A model generated the notes under the pieces. The model did no database searches, was not told where the DNA came from, and saw nothing but the letters and a program-made list of their open reading frames with translations. Shown here one piece after another: positions 10,314 through 19,314 of a stretch of DNA of 64,000 nt (position 1 is its first letter; each line of letters starts with the position of its first letter). The position numbers and the translations under genes are program-made. Source of the DNA: an uncultured Lachnospiraceae bacterium (GTDB lineage: Bacteria; Bacillota; Clostridia; Lachnospirales; Lachnospiraceae); contig CAMOGH010000008.1 of the NCBI GenBank assembly GCA_946614135.1, positions 447 through 64,446 on the forward strand, written 5' to 3'.

Positions 10314-10964
10314 TTATGATAATGTATGGTCAAAGCCACCATGTTTTTTCTTTTCAGCAGATTCCCACATCTGTCTCATATATGTAACATAATCCTGATT
10401 GCCATATCCAGGACGACAGAAACGACAGGCATTTGCAAGGATCATAAAATCCTCCTTATAGGAGTCTTTCTCTTTAAACTTGATAGGAATATTAAACTGA
10501 TCATTTACAGTCTGAACAACAAGAGATACACTTGATGGAACTCCATTATAATACTGTACAAATACATAAACTGAAAGAAGATGATCCCTCATTACTATTC
10601 TTGTAAGATCTGTCTTAAATGCAAATAATCTATTTGAAATGATAAGATGATCATTCTGATATTCCATAGTTGCATAAAGTTCATCCGCATATTCTAATAC
10701 TTCCGGATGTTTTCTTAAATACCTCTGCTTCTCTGGATGTTTTTTTCTTGAGATTCCAAACAATAAAAGAGGTATTGCAAATAAAAGCAATATCGCTGCA
10801 AAAACACCAAAAACAATTCCTGGGCCTAAGTCAGATTCTCCAGAACTTACAATCACTCCAAGCCCAATAAGTATAGCTGCTAATACCATAAAAACTATAC
10901 TCAGTACAAAAAACTTCTTAGTTTTACTTTTTATCTGGTTAAGAATAATCTCTCTTCCCCACAT
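10314..10964 (-). CDS. Membrane protein of unknown function (paralog of the previous gene)
   Basis: 216 aa with the same architecture. C-terminal motif CRFCRPGYGNQDYVTYMRQMWESAE. Confidence 0.55.
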   Translation of the reverse strand: MWGREIILNQIKSKTKKFFVLSIVFMVLAAILIGLGVIVSSGESDLGPGIVFGVFAAILLLFAIPLLLFGISRKKHPEKQRYLRKHPEVLEYADELYATMEYQNDHLIISNRLFAFKTDLTRIVMRDHLLSVYVFVQYYNGVPSSVSLVVQTVNDQFNIPIKFKEKDSYKEDFMILANACRFCRPGYGNQDYVTYMRQMWESAEKKKHGGFDHTLS

Positions 10965-11053
10965 AGTGTAACTCCTCCTTAAAATGTTCGTTTTAAATAA
11001 AGATAGCTTAATAGTTTATCTTTTTTTCGTCAATCCCCTAATCATTATCTGTG

Positions 11054-12886
11054 TCACTGACTTATGATCCTGTCATTTAAGTCTTCTAAATACTCCCACC
11101 GACTCATCTTTTCTTCAAGTTCTTTTTCTAACCGATCTCTTTCTTCCCCCAACTCTCTAAGCTTAACAAAATCGCTGCCATATTTAAGGATTTCAGCATC
11201 ACACTTCTCAATTTTTTCTTCCAGAAGAGCAATATCTTCCTCAATAGTCTCATATTCCTTTTGTTCTTTATAAGACATCTTAAGTTTTTCTTCATGCCGA
11301 GGTTTATATGTCTGCTTTCCAACATTACTTTTAGGAATTGACGCACTTTCTCCTTCTTTTGCTGAAGCATCACTATTCTTTAGTTTCATAACATATCCTG
11401 ATTTTTCAACAAAATCCGAATAGTTACCATCATACTGTTTTATATTTCCACTGCCATCAAATAAAAGTATCCTGTTAACAACATTATCCAGGAAATATCT
11501 ATCATGACTTACAGTGATGATTATCCCATCAAAACTAGAAAGAAAAGACTCCAGAACTGAAAGAGTCGCTATATCCAGATCATTTGTAGGCTCATCTAAA
11601 AGCAAAACATTTGGAGCCGTCATAATTACCTTAAGCAGCTTTAAGCGTCTCTTTTCGCCTCCTGACAGCTTATAGAGAGGTGAATACTGCATCTCTCCCT
11701 CAAAAAGAAAATTTTCCAGCATTTGAGAAGCAGATATATAACCGTTGGGTGTCTTTATATATTCCGCAGTATCTCTGATATAATCAATAACCCTTTGATT
11801 CTGCGGTGCATTTTCAAGTTCTGTTATTTCCTGCTCAAAATATCCGATCTTTATGGTATCTCCAAGGGATATATCGCCCTTATCGGGTTTTATAAGACCA
11901 GCTATCATCTTAAGAAGAGTGGATTTTCCTATTCCATTTGGTCCTACGATACCAATTCTGTCATTTCTAAGAGCAGTATAGGTATAATCTTTAATGAGCA
12001 CTTTTCCATCATATTCCTTGGAAATGTTATTTATCTCTATAGTCTTTCTTCCCATTCGCGAAGCTACCGATTCAAGGACAAGTGTTTCATCCAAAACTGG
12101 AGCTCCAATACTACTTGCTTCCTCAAATCTCTGAAGCCTTGCCTTTTGCTTTGTTGTCCTTGCTCTGGCCCCTCGTCTTACCCATTTAAGTTCATTTCTA
12201 AGAAAGTTCTGCCTCTTCTTTTCCTGATTTATAGCATCTTCAATCCTCTTATTCTTAAGCAGAAGAAATCCGGAATAATTGGATTCATAACTATAAACAT
12301 CTCCATGATCAAGTTCTATTATTTTACTGGTTACAATATCAAGGAAATATCTGTCATGAGTAACCATAAGGATGGTTCCCTTATAAGCCTTAAGATAATC
12401 TTCAAGCCATCTGACCATAGCCGCATCCAGATGGTTTGTCGGCTCATCCAAAAGCAAAATATCTGATGGTTCTATCAAACATCTTACCAAGGCTACCTTC
12501 TTTTTTTCGCCACCTGAAAGAAGATTTACTTTCTTATTAAAATCAAGAATTCCAAGACGAATAAGCATATCCTTCGCTTTAACATCAAGATTCCAGCCGT
12601 CTGCCATATCTGAAAGGTTGTCCGTAGCATATTCTATAATAGTCTTATCAGAACTAAAATCAGGTATCTGTGGAAGATAAGCAACTTTAGCTTTATTCGC
12701 CTTTATTATCTTTCCATCGTCACTTTCCTCTTCTCCTGCAATCATCTTAAGAAGAGTCGATTTTCCTGTTCCATTGATGCCTATAACACCTGCTTTTTCT
12801 CCTTCTTCAAGACCAAAGGTTGCGTCATTTAATATTATTTTTTCACCGAAAGCTTTCTTTAATCCTTCAACTGAAATGATGCTCAT
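11054..12886 (-). CDS. ABC-F family ATPase (Uup-like, two ABC domains plus a C-terminal coiled coil)
   Basis: 610 aa. Two Walker A motifs (GINGTGKST, GPNGIGKST) and two LSGGEK signatures. No TM domain. Glu/Lys-rich tail. Confidence 0.9.
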   Translation of the reverse strand: MSIISVEGLKKAFGEKIILNDATFGLEEGEKAGVIGINGTGKSTLLKMIAGEEESDDGKIIKANKAKVAYLPQIPDFSSDKTIIEYATDNLSDMADGWNLDVKAKDMLIRLGILDFNKKVNLLSGGEKKKVALVRCLIEPSDILLLDEPTNHLDAAMVRWLEDYLKAYKGTILMVTHDRYFLDIVTSKIIELDHGDVYSYESNYSGFLLLKNKRIEDAINQEKKRQNFLRNELKWVRRGARARTTKQKARLQRFEEASSIGAPVLDETLVLESVASRMGRKTIEINNISKEYDGKVLIKDYTYTALRNDRIGIVGPNGIGKSTLLKMIAGLIKPDKGDISLGDTIKIGYFEQEITELENAPQNQRVIDYIRDTAEYIKTPNGYISASQMLENFLFEGEMQYSPLYKLSGGEKRRLKLLKVIMTAPNVLLLDEPTNDLDIATLSVLESFLSSFDGIIITVSHDRYFLDNVVNRILLFDGSGNIKQYDGNYSDFVEKSGYVMKLKNSDASAKEGESASIPKSNVGKQTYKPRHEEKLKMSYKEQKEYETIEEDIALLEEKIEKCDAEILKYGSDFVKLRELGEERDRLEKELEEKMSRWEYLEDLNDRIISQ

Positions 12887-12970
12887 ATGCTAATTCCTTT
12901 TCTTTTTTTTGTACCTCTCGGGCTAAATGAAAGACCCCACGCTTTATAGTGTGAGGTCTTAAAATACATC

Positions 12971-13804
12971 TTAATTATCTCTATCTGTAAGTATAATGCT
13001 TCTTTCTGTAAGTCTAACCTTACCTTCTTTAAGAAGTCGTCCAACTGCACGTTTAAATGCATTTTTGCTGATACCAAATTCTGTTTTTATAAGTTCAGCA
13101 CTTGCCTTATCTGTAAATGGAAGAACCCCGTCATAACTCTTTATGATATCATAAACCATCTCAGCGTCTTTATTCATCTGCTGTGGTATAGCTTCTCTCA
13201 TGGAAAGATCAGCCTTTCCATCATCTCTTATCTTTACTATTCTACAGCTGACTTCTTCACCTACAAAAACCTTATCGAATATCTCGCTCTGGTGAATAAG
13301 TCCTGAATACTTATCATCTATCGCAACAAAGGCACCAAATCCTTTTCTTATCTCATAAATAGTTCCAGTTACTGTGCTGCCTTCCTCATATCCAAAACAT
13401 CCGTCAAGAAAATCATACAATTTCATTGATACACAAGGTCTTCCAGATTTATCTACGTACATCCTTACAAGATATCTTGATCCAGGAACTACCTTTATTG
13501 TCTGCTGCTTGAAAGGAAGGAAGATATCCTTCTCAAGTCCCCAGTCCATAAATGCTCCAAAATCCGATACAGCCTTACACTTAAGCTTTGCCATACGTCC
13601 CAGCTCGATCAGCGGTGTATCAAGTGTTGCAATTGGTCTGTCACTTGAATCCATATAAATAAAAGCTTTGATAGTATCTCCAATTTTTGTTCCTTCTGGA
13701 ACCTGTTTATTGGGAAGAAGCACATCTTCACTGCCATCCGTAAGATAGACACCGAAGTCCTTTATCCTATCAACTTTAAGTTCATTCCATGTTCCTGTTC
13801 TCAT
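12971..13804 (-). CDS. S1 RNA-binding domain protein, CvfB/YitL family
   Basis: 277 aa with repeated S1-like segments (DFGVYL, DFGAFM, GFGAFV) and a C-terminal winged-helix-like tail. Confidence 0.75.
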   Translation of the reverse strand: MRTGTWNELKVDRIKDFGVYLTDGSEDVLLPNKQVPEGTKIGDTIKAFIYMDSSDRPIATLDTPLIELGRMAKLKCKAVSDFGAFMDWGLEKDIFLPFKQQTIKVVPGSRYLVRMYVDKSGRPCVSMKLYDFLDGCFGYEEGSTVTGTIYEIRKGFGAFVAIDDKYSGLIHQSEIFDKVFVGEEVSCRIVKIRDDGKADLSMREAIPQQMNKDAEMVYDIIKSYDGVLPFTDKASAELIKTEFGISKNAFKRAVGRLLKEGKVRLTERSIILTDRDN

Positions 13805-13817
13805 TTAATCTCCTGTT

Positions 13818-14198
13818 TTATACTGCCTGTTTTTTACTTACTTTCTTTTTACCAGGCTTCTCAATCATCAGCACTTTTTCTCTGATAAACTGTCTCTCTG
13901 TTTCATCAGCTAACTCATATCCAAGACTCTTTAAATTGGTTATTGAATTGGTAAGCTTAACTATCTCTACAGGTTTCTTCTTGTCTGCATTATCAAAATC
14001 ATAACCGTTATATACATCTATTATTGCATAAACATCTTTCGTTCTTCTGTCTGGACTGCTTATAACATCCCTGATACACCAGTCATCAACCGGAGTCCCC
14101 TTATCAAGAACATCTGCCCCTTCCAAACCAACTTTTTTTATGTAGACATTCTCTGTATCACAGATTGCCCATGGCACTACATAAATAATACTACTCAC
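13818..14198 (-). CDS. Hypothetical protein
   Basis: 126-aa ORF packed 13 nt downstream-adjacent to the CvfB-like gene. I see no recognisable motif. Confidence 0.4.
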   Translation of the reverse strand: MSSIIYVVPWAICDTENVYIKKVGLEGADVLDKGTPVDDWCIRDVISSPDRRTKDVYAIIDVYNGYDFDNADKKKPVEIVKLTNSITNLKSLGYELADETERQFIREKVLMIEKPGKKKVSKKQAV

Positions 14199-14285
14199 TT
14201 TACTTTCCTCCTAATAGCAAAATACCTGCTGTATGCAACACGCAAATATTAGCATCATATAATAAAACTTGTCAAGAAAAGAAAA

Positions 14286-14312
14286 AGACGAGCTAAGAAT
14301 CTTAGTTCGTCT
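14286..14312 (-). terminator. Rho-independent terminator after tRNA-Gln
   Basis: Hairpin agacgaactaag / cttagctcgtct, followed by a T-run on the minus strand. Confidence 0.7.
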
Positions 14313-14320
14313 AGTAAAAG

Positions 14321-14393
14321 CTGGGCTACAAGGATTCGAACCTTGAAAATGCTGGAGTCAGAGTCCAGTGCCTTACCATTTGGCGATAGCCCA
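14321..14393 (-). tRNA. tRNA-Gln (anticodon CUG)
   Basis: Minus strand TGGGCTATCGCCAAATGGTAAGGCACTGGACTCTGACTCCAG...GGTTCGAATCCTTGTAGCCCAG. The cloverleaf folds by eye and the anticodon loop is CTCTGAC. CCA is not encoded. Confidence 0.9.
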
Positions 14394-14489
14394 ATATTCA
14401 AGTGCTTGCGTTTCAGCAACGAATATGATTATACGGCATCCTTTTCTGAAATGCAAGCACTTTTTTAAAAATTTTTAAAATTTTTTTAT

Positions 14490-16034
14490 TTATTTTTCTT
14501 CCTCAAGACTTTCGCTCTTATGAACCACTACAGTTTCCTCATAACAAGAGAATATATCGTCTATCAGAGCCTTGTCAGGTTTTGGTGTTACAAGACTTAC
14601 CACTGGAACAAGGATAAGACCTACCAACATTGTAAATGCTCCTGCATTGATTGGAGATTTTATCATTGGATGTAACATATTAACAACAGTAAATCCTACA
14701 CCAAAAATATAACTTGCCCAAACTGAAGCCTTTGTGATCTTCTTTGAGTAAAGACCAAACATAAACGGTGCAAGGAACGCTCCGGCAAGGGCTCCCCATG
14801 AAATACCCATTAACTGTGCAATAAACATTGGCGGATTAAATGCAAGTATTACTGAAAGAGCAATAAATGCAACAACTAAAATTCTCATAAGACTGAGCTG
14901 TGTCTTCTCTTTCATATTCTTTGCTATCACCGGTTTAATAAGGTCAAGCGCAAGTGTTGAACTTGATGTAAGTACCAGTGATGAAAGAGTTGACATTGAA
15001 GCTGAGAATACAAGTACAACTACTATACCGATAAGTAAATCAGGAAGTGTTGAAAGCATTGCAGGAACAATAGAGTCAAATGCTACTGATCCATCCGGCT
15101 TATAAATATCAGCTCCACTAAAAAGTCTTGCAAAACCTCCAAGGAAATAACATCCTCCTGAGATTACAATAGCAAAAAATGTTGAAACAATAGTTCCTGT
15201 TCTAACCGCCTTCTCATCCTTAATGGTATAGAATTTATGTACCATCTGTGGAAGTCCCCAGGTTCCAAGCGAAGTAAGTATTACAACACCTAAAAGATTA
15301 AGTGGATCTGGTCCAAAGAAGCTGGCAAAAAGTCCCTTAGAACCAAGAAGAGGTGCTGCAGTAACCGCTGCATCCACTTCTACTTCTGAAAGTTTCTTAA
15401 CTGCAGCAAGGAATCCCCCCTGTCCATTAAGTACTGCTATTATTACAGCAGCAATACCAATAAGCATTATTATACCCTGAATGAAATCGTTTAATGCAGT
15501 TGCCATATAACCACCTACAACTACATAAACACCTGTAAGGAGTGCCATAATAACGATACATACATGATAGTCTATTGAAAAAGCCATTCCAAAAAGTCTT
15601 GAAAGTCCATTATAAACTGATGCTGTATACGGAACCAGGAAAACAAAAGCAATAACAGAACCAACAACCCTGAGGGCTTTTGAATCAAATCTCTTTCCAA
15701 AATATTCAGGCATGGTTCTAGCTTCAAGTTTCTGAGTCATAACTCTTGTTCTTCTTCCAAGAACAAGCCATGCAAGAAGACTTCCTATCATCGCATTTCC
15801 AAGTCCGATCCAGGTAGATGAAAGTCCATACTTCCATCCGAACTGACCCGCATATCCTATAAATACAACTGATGAAAAATAAGATGTTCCAAAGGCAAAG
15901 GCCGTGATCCATGGACCTACAGTTCTTCCACCAAGTACATAATCATTAACATTTTTGGCTCTTTGTCTCGAATAGAAACCTACACCAATCATCACAGAAA
16001 AAAACACAACCAGAAGTATAATTTTTACTGCCAT
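14490..16034 (-). CDS. Sodium:solute symporter family transporter
   Basis: 514 aa with about 13 TM segments. The N-terminal region is typical of SSF/PutP/PanF-like carriers. Confidence 0.8.
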   Translation of the reverse strand: MAVKIILLVVFFSVMIGVGFYSRQRAKNVNDYVLGGRTVGPWITAFAFGTSYFSSVVFIGYAGQFGWKYGLSSTWIGLGNAMIGSLLAWLVLGRRTRVMTQKLEARTMPEYFGKRFDSKALRVVGSVIAFVFLVPYTASVYNGLSRLFGMAFSIDYHVCIVIMALLTGVYVVVGGYMATALNDFIQGIIMLIGIAAVIIAVLNGQGGFLAAVKKLSEVEVDAAVTAAPLLGSKGLFASFFGPDPLNLLGVVILTSLGTWGLPQMVHKFYTIKDEKAVRTGTIVSTFFAIVISGGCYFLGGFARLFSGADIYKPDGSVAFDSIVPAMLSTLPDLLIGIVVVLVFSASMSTLSSLVLTSSSTLALDLIKPVIAKNMKEKTQLSLMRILVVAFIALSVILAFNPPMFIAQLMGISWGALAGAFLAPFMFGLYSKKITKASVWASYIFGVGFTVVNMLHPMIKSPINAGAFTMLVGLILVPVVSLVTPKPDKALIDDIFSCYEETVVVHKSESLEEEK

Positions 16035-16143
16035 TTTTCCTCTCCCTTTTCATACTTTAAAATATTGTTATGCCAGTGCCTTATTGCGCTGATGCATTAA
16101 CGCACTAAAGTGATTATGGCAGAATCATCCTTTTGTGTCAAGA

Positions 16144-16178
16144 ATGGCTTCTTCTTGAAATTATCAAGAAGAAGCCAT
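16144..16178 (-). terminator. Strong hairpin ending the RiPP operon
   Basis: Perfect 15-bp stem atggcttcttcttga / tcaagaagaagccat, 27 nt after the peptide stop. The T-tract is weak (TTCTTG). Confidence 0.6.
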
Positions 16179-16204
16179 AGGCATAATTCAATAAAATCAG
16201 ATAA

Positions 16205-16369
16205 TTAATTGCTAATTTTACCAGTAACTGATGCACCTACTGTTCCACTTAAAGATGCTGCAGCTGCAACAACAGTTCCTAACGTTGCTGTAACAGCACA
16301 TGCCACTGTACAACCTGATGCAACTGATCCAGCACAAATAAGTCCACATGCAAACCCACATGATGCCAT
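16205..16369 (-). CDS. RiPP precursor candidate: a 54-aa Cys-ladder hydrophobic peptide (an alternative TTG start at 16426 would add a 19-aa leader)
   Basis: GAGGAGG lies 8 nt before the ATG. The peptide is MASCGFACGLICAGSVASGCTVACAVTATLGTVVAAAASLSGTVGASVTGKISN, and 45 of its 54 residues are A/G/S/T/V/C. It is the last gene of an operon with two rSAM/SPASM enzymes. Confidence 0.75.
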   Translation of the reverse strand: MASCGFACGLICAGSVASGCTVACAVTATLGTVVAAAASLSGTVGASVTGKISN

Positions 16370-16430
16370 ACCTTTCACCTCCTCATATATAATATTGTAT
16401 AATTCTTGTTTTTTAATGAAAAACAAGCTA

Positions 16431-17117
16431 TTACACCTTATCTAATAACAAAGCATTAGGTATTTTTTTAATAAAAAAATACGAAGAAATTATTAATATA
16501 AAACCTACAATTGCAACTATTCCAATTACACCAACAGATATTTTCTGAAAAGTATCCATCAACATCATTATCGATATTATTAATAACACTGGTAATATTA
16601 AAGAAATCATCATTACTATTATTTCTCTTTTTATTATCCATATGATAAGCATATTTATTGCAATAAAGGAAAGTCCAATTAGTATGCCTGTAATAATAAA
16701 CTCTATATCAGTTACAAAATTAACCGCTATATATCCTTTTTGGAAATACATATACATCATAGCAACGCACCCTACTATAGATAATATAAAACCTACAATA
16801 AAGCTATATACCACTTTTGCTAACCAGATAAGCTCTTTTCTTTTTGTCATACCTAATAATATAGGCATAACTTTCGCCTTCATATCTACTCCCATATTAA
16901 TATTAGAAATAAGACTCCCCATTACCGCCATGTTTAATGCAGTAAAAATAAATAACTGTCCTCTTAATATTTTTTCATTAAAAATTACAGCATTATTAAT
17001 ATTGCTTATGAAAAAATACAACTCCAACCCAAAATATAATAAACATAATGGAAAACAGGATTTAAAAAATACTTTATTTTCCTTCCAAATTATTGTTTTT
17101 AAAATCTTATTCTTCAT
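16431..17117 (-). CDS. ABC-2 type transporter permease (export or immunity)
   Basis: 228 aa with about 6 TM helices. Overlaps the ATPase gene by 11 nt. Confidence 0.75.
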   Translation of the reverse strand: MKNKILKTIIWKENKVFFKSCFPLCLLYFGLELYFFISNINNAVIFNEKILRGQLFIFTALNMAVMGSLISNINMGVDMKAKVMPILLGMTKRKELIWLAKVVYSFIVGFILSIVGCVAMMYMYFQKGYIAVNFVTDIEFIITGILIGLSFIAINMLIIWIIKREIIVMMISLILPVLLIISIMMLMDTFQKISVGVIGIVAIVGFILIISSYFFIKKIPNALLLDKV

Positions 17118-17985
17118 ATACTTTCAAATATATTTCCTTTAAATTCAAATATTTTTTTGATATTTCTCTGATACTAATCTGATTATTTTGAATTTCATCA
17201 ATTAATACATCAGCATCACTCTCGTTCAAATGAATTTCAAACTTATCTTCACTTTTTTTATAATCTATATTTTTATTATCTAATAATACTTTTATATCTC
17301 TCGGATTGCGCCCTACTATTTCTAAGTGTTTAAACTTCATTCTTTCAATATTTGATAAATCACGTTCAAAAAGAATTTTTCCCTTCTTCATTATCCCCAC
17401 TGAATCACATAAATCGATTATTTCATCTACATTATGTGATACAAAAATAGCACTATTATCCCCTTCTTTTACCCATTCCCGAATACATTTAGATATTATT
17501 GTTCTTGAATTAATATCAAGTCCATCATATGGTTCATCCAGTAATAGCAAGTTAGGTTTTATCATTAACGCTCTTGCTAAAACCACTCTTCTTTTAAGTC
17601 CCTTTGACAATTTACTTATTATTATTTTTTTATATTCTTCCAGATTAACCATCCTCAAGTATTTTTTTACATATTCTTTATTATATACGCCATGAAGTCT
17701 TGCAAAAAATTCCAGATTAAACCAAACTGAATATTGATCATATAAACCATTATCATCTAAAACAAGTCCAATAACGCTGTCTTTATTAGAAAAAGAAATG
17801 GTTCCACCGTTATACTCAATAAGATCCGCTATTATTTTTAATAACGTAGTTTTTCCAGATCCATTTTCTCCTAATAAACCATATATATGATTTTTTTTTA
17901 TAGCCATGGTTAAATTATTTATAACCACTTTTTCTTCGTATTTTTTTATAATATTGCTTAATTCGACTAAATTACTGTTTTCCAC
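17107..17985 (-). CDS. ABC transporter ATP-binding protein
   Basis: 292 aa. Walker A GENGSGKTT, signature LSKGLKRR, Walker B LLLLDEP. Confidence 0.9.
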   Translation of the reverse strand: MENSNLVELSNIIKKYEEKVVINNLTMAIKKNHIYGLLGENGSGKTTLLKIIADLIEYNGGTISFSNKDSVIGLVLDDNGLYDQYSVWFNLEFFARLHGVYNKEYVKKYLRMVNLEEYKKIIISKLSKGLKRRVVLARALMIKPNLLLLDEPYDGLDINSRTIISKCIREWVKEGDNSAIFVSHNVDEIIDLCDSVGIMKKGKILFERDLSNIERMKFKHLEIVGRNPRDIKVLLDNKNIDYKKSEDKFEIHLNESDADVLIDEIQNNQISIREISKKYLNLKEIYLKVYEE

Positions 17986-19153
17986 AAATATACTTCCCCT
18001 CCATATTTTTTTCTTTTAAATCTCTATGTAGCATCATACAATCATTGCACGCCCACTTTAATGAACATTTTTCACATGATGATATTTTTTTCCTAAGTGT
18101 CCAATATTTCGAAATTTTGCCATTACAAAATGCTTTATCAATTTTTTCATTCGATAGATTTAAAATCACTTCATCCCACGCCGGACAAACCTTAACATCT
18201 CCATTTAAGGAAATTGCCATATTCCCTCGTAAACATCTATTATTATTCTTTTGAATTAAAATTTCATCCATTGAATAATTTATTCTTACGTTAAAATCAT
18301 CCAACGTCAAGGGTGTATTTACATAATTTATCTTTTCAATTATAGTATACTTCCTTATATTATTTTCCTTCAATAATTCTATTGATGTTTTTATCAACTC
18401 CGTCTTTTCAATTAGAACCAATTTATACTTTATTTTTGTATTATCTACATTTAGTATAGATTCTTTAATTCTATTAATATTTTTTTTAACATCAGTTAAT
18501 GTAATATCCAAACAAACCTTATTACCTCTCATAAAATCAATTTTATTAATATCAATACATAAAGCATTTGATACCAATGTAATCTTTGTTTTTTTATTAT
18601 TATTTCTAATAGCTAAAATCGTTTTTTCTATATAACCCCAGTTTGTAAAAGGATTTCCTCCTAGTATGACTACCTCTTCAACAGGAATATTTAATATCCT
18701 ATTTAAACAATCCGTTAGAATACTCTGATCACACACATTTTCTTCATTTTCCCAAATCGCACACACCCTACAAGGTCTTGTCAAACTATCCCATCCACAT
18801 AATTTACAATTCACTCCGCATTCTCGCGATGCTTCAATATATAATTTTTTTAATCTAGGCGGATTTTCTATAATCCCCGGTATACTTTTTTCATTATTAA
18901 AGAATAACTTCGTATTGTATACCGATGTATCATACAAATATAATACCCCCTCATCAAGTAATTTATTTACAAGTTCTTTAAACTTCTCATCAACGTTATC
19001 CTCTATATATTCAACTCTATTATTCAGTAAACTATTGAAAATATTCGCATATTCATTTTCAATATGGTAATTCCTCCCACTTAAATTAAAAAAACACCCA
19101 TCATCCCCATAATATTCATATCTAGCAATTGGTAACAGTCGTAAAAAAGCCAT
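17972..19153 (-). CDS. Radical SAM / SPASM-domain peptide maturase B
   Basis: ATG (MAFLRLL) follows GAGGAG. CGVNCKLC is the rSAM motif after an N-terminal extension of about 115 aa. The C-terminus has C-x10-G-x4-C and CEKCSLKWACNDC (C-x2-C-x5-C-x2-C). Confidence 0.85.
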   Translation of the reverse strand: MAFLRLLPIARYEYYGDDGCFFNLSGRNYHIENEYANIFNSLLNNRVEYIEDNVDEKFKELVNKLLDEGVLYLYDTSVYNTKLFFNNEKSIPGIIENPPRLKKLYIEASRECGVNCKLCGWDSLTRPCRVCAIWENEENVCDQSILTDCLNRILNIPVEEVVILGGNPFTNWGYIEKTILAIRNNNKKTKITLVSNALCIDINKIDFMRGNKVCLDITLTDVKKNINRIKESILNVDNTKIKYKLVLIEKTELIKTSIELLKENNIRKYTIIEKINYVNTPLTLDDFNVRINYSMDEILIQKNNNRCLRGNMAISLNGDVKVCPAWDEVILNLSNEKIDKAFCNGKISKYWTLRKKISSCEKCSLKWACNDCMMLHRDLKEKNMEGKYICGKQ

Positions 19154-19314
19154 TTTTCTCCTCACATTTTCCTATCTATTTAAAGCCCATTCTATTTTAT
19201 TTTCAAATATATCAAATGCATTGGGATTAATTTCCAAGATGGAATAAATAACAACCAATAGCATTCTAAAATTTTCAATTAGATTATTACAATTTTTTTC
19301 CTGAACTTGTTCAT

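Noticed and set aside
11723-12466. 247-aa plus-strand ORF, together with many other 60-170-aa ORFs nested inside larger genes (for example 3226-3591, 16642-17142, 17306-17695, 28179-28574, 42895-43170)
   Set aside because: They lie antisense to, or out of frame within, clearly recognisable conserved genes. They are low-complexity Ser/Phe/Ile-rich translations typical of AT-rich antisense frames and have no ribosome-binding sites.
12883-13077. 64-aa ORF overlapping the 3' end of the CvfB-like gene and the ABC-F upstream region
   Set aside because: It overlaps a recognisable gene out of frame and has no SD. The region is better explained as the ABC-F promoter/leader.
16209-16445. 78-aa plus-strand ORF antisense to the RiPP precursor (Ala/Thr/Pro-rich)
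   Set aside because: It has a TTG start without an SD. Its composition is simply the complement of the Ala/Gly/Thr/Val codons of the minus-strand peptide, and that peptide has a strong SD and operon context.
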